From the NCBI RefSeq assembly GCF_036321535.1, contig NC_087437.1:115756001-115820000 (forward strand): DNA of 64,000 nt, given 5' to 3'. Both the position numbers and the translations under genes were made by a program. The stretch comes from Camelus dromedarius. Lineage: Eukaryota. The notes beneath the pieces were generated by a model. It ran no database searches and had not been told where the DNA came from. It was given only the letters and a program-made list of their open reading frames with translations. Positions 63,158 through 64,000 of the stretch are shown piece by piece (within the stretch, counting starts at the first letter, position 1; each line of letters begins with the position of its first letter).

Positions 63158-63489
63158 AGGACCTTGAGCCGGGGGAGTTTTGAGCACATTTACATGCTCA
63201 GATGAAGCCAGAGGGGAGAGGTTGACCCTAGAAAGAAGAGGGGAGTGGGGAAGGTGGTGTCTGTGGAATGGAAGTCAATCCAAAGTGCCATCAAGAGCAA
63301 AGGTGGAGGGGTGGACATGTACGGAAAAAAGGATGCAGCTTCCCCCTGAGAGGTCGGTGTGATGTGGAGAGGAAGGGAGGTGGGAAGGGAATGTGGGCAG
63401 CATCTCTCTTGGGCTTTGTGTCATGGCGGAGCTTCAAAGGGGCTCTGCATAATCACAGGTCAGCCAAAGCCTTCCCCATCCTTACTGGG

Positions 63490-64000
63490 CAAGAAAAGCA
63501 CCTGTAATCAGACATTTGCACACTCCTGTTCACAGCAGCAGTATTTACCATAGCCAAAAGGTGGAAGCAGCTGAAGTGTTCATCAACAGATGAATGGATA
63601 AGCAGAATGTGGTCTATACATACAATGGAGTAATATTCAGCCTTGAAAAGGAAGGGAATTTGGACACAGGCTACAACATGGATGAATCTAGAGGACATTG
63701 TGCTAAGTCAAATAGTCACAAAAGGGCAAATATTGTATGAGTCCACTTATACAAGGTCCCTAGAGGAGTCAGATCCATAGACACAGAAAGTAGAATGGTG
63801 GTGACCAGGGGCTGGGGGAGGAGGGGATGGGGAGTGAGAGTTAGAAGGCACAGAGTTTCCATTTGGGAAGATGATGTGTTCAGTGGATGGATGATGGTGA
63901 TGGTTGCCCAGCAGTACGAATGTCCTTAATGCCACAGAACTGTAGACTATATACAATGGATGATATGGTAAAATTTATATTGTAGAGATTTTACCACAGT
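63490..64000 (+). mobile_element. L1MB-type 3' region
   Basis: GTTCACAGCAGCAGTATTTACCATAGCCAAAAGGTGGAAGCA...AGATGAATGGATAAGCAGAATGTGGTCTATACATACAATGG...CAGAAAGTAGAATGGTGG. Confidence 0.85.

Overview
Mammalian genomic DNA, most likely from a camelid (alpaca/camel type); this is inferred from the style of the LINE-1 3' ends and from my not finding Alu, Bov-A/tA, PRE-1 or Can-SINE copies. The whole window lies inside the KCNJ6 (GIRK2/Kir3.2) gene on the minus strand. Only its large 921-bp internal coding exon (48399-47479) is present, with canonical AG/GT ends and an intact TIGYG filter. The rest is intron packed with retroelements: a full-length but dead 7.1-kb LINE-1 with a 13-bp target-site duplication (53047-60180, antisense to the gene), several ERV1 solo LTRs, MaLR/ERVL LTRs, old L1M, L2 and MIR copies, a fossil hAT transposase and microsatellites. 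I cannot support a genuinely new biological system here. The best leads are hypotheses about alternative GIRK2 isoform production around this exon (L1 antisense promoter with a mutated YY1 site, a cryptic or recursive exon, intronic polyadenylation) and some features of the L1 architecture. All repeat family names are assigned by eye from remembered consensus sequences, and old-repeat boundaries are approximate.
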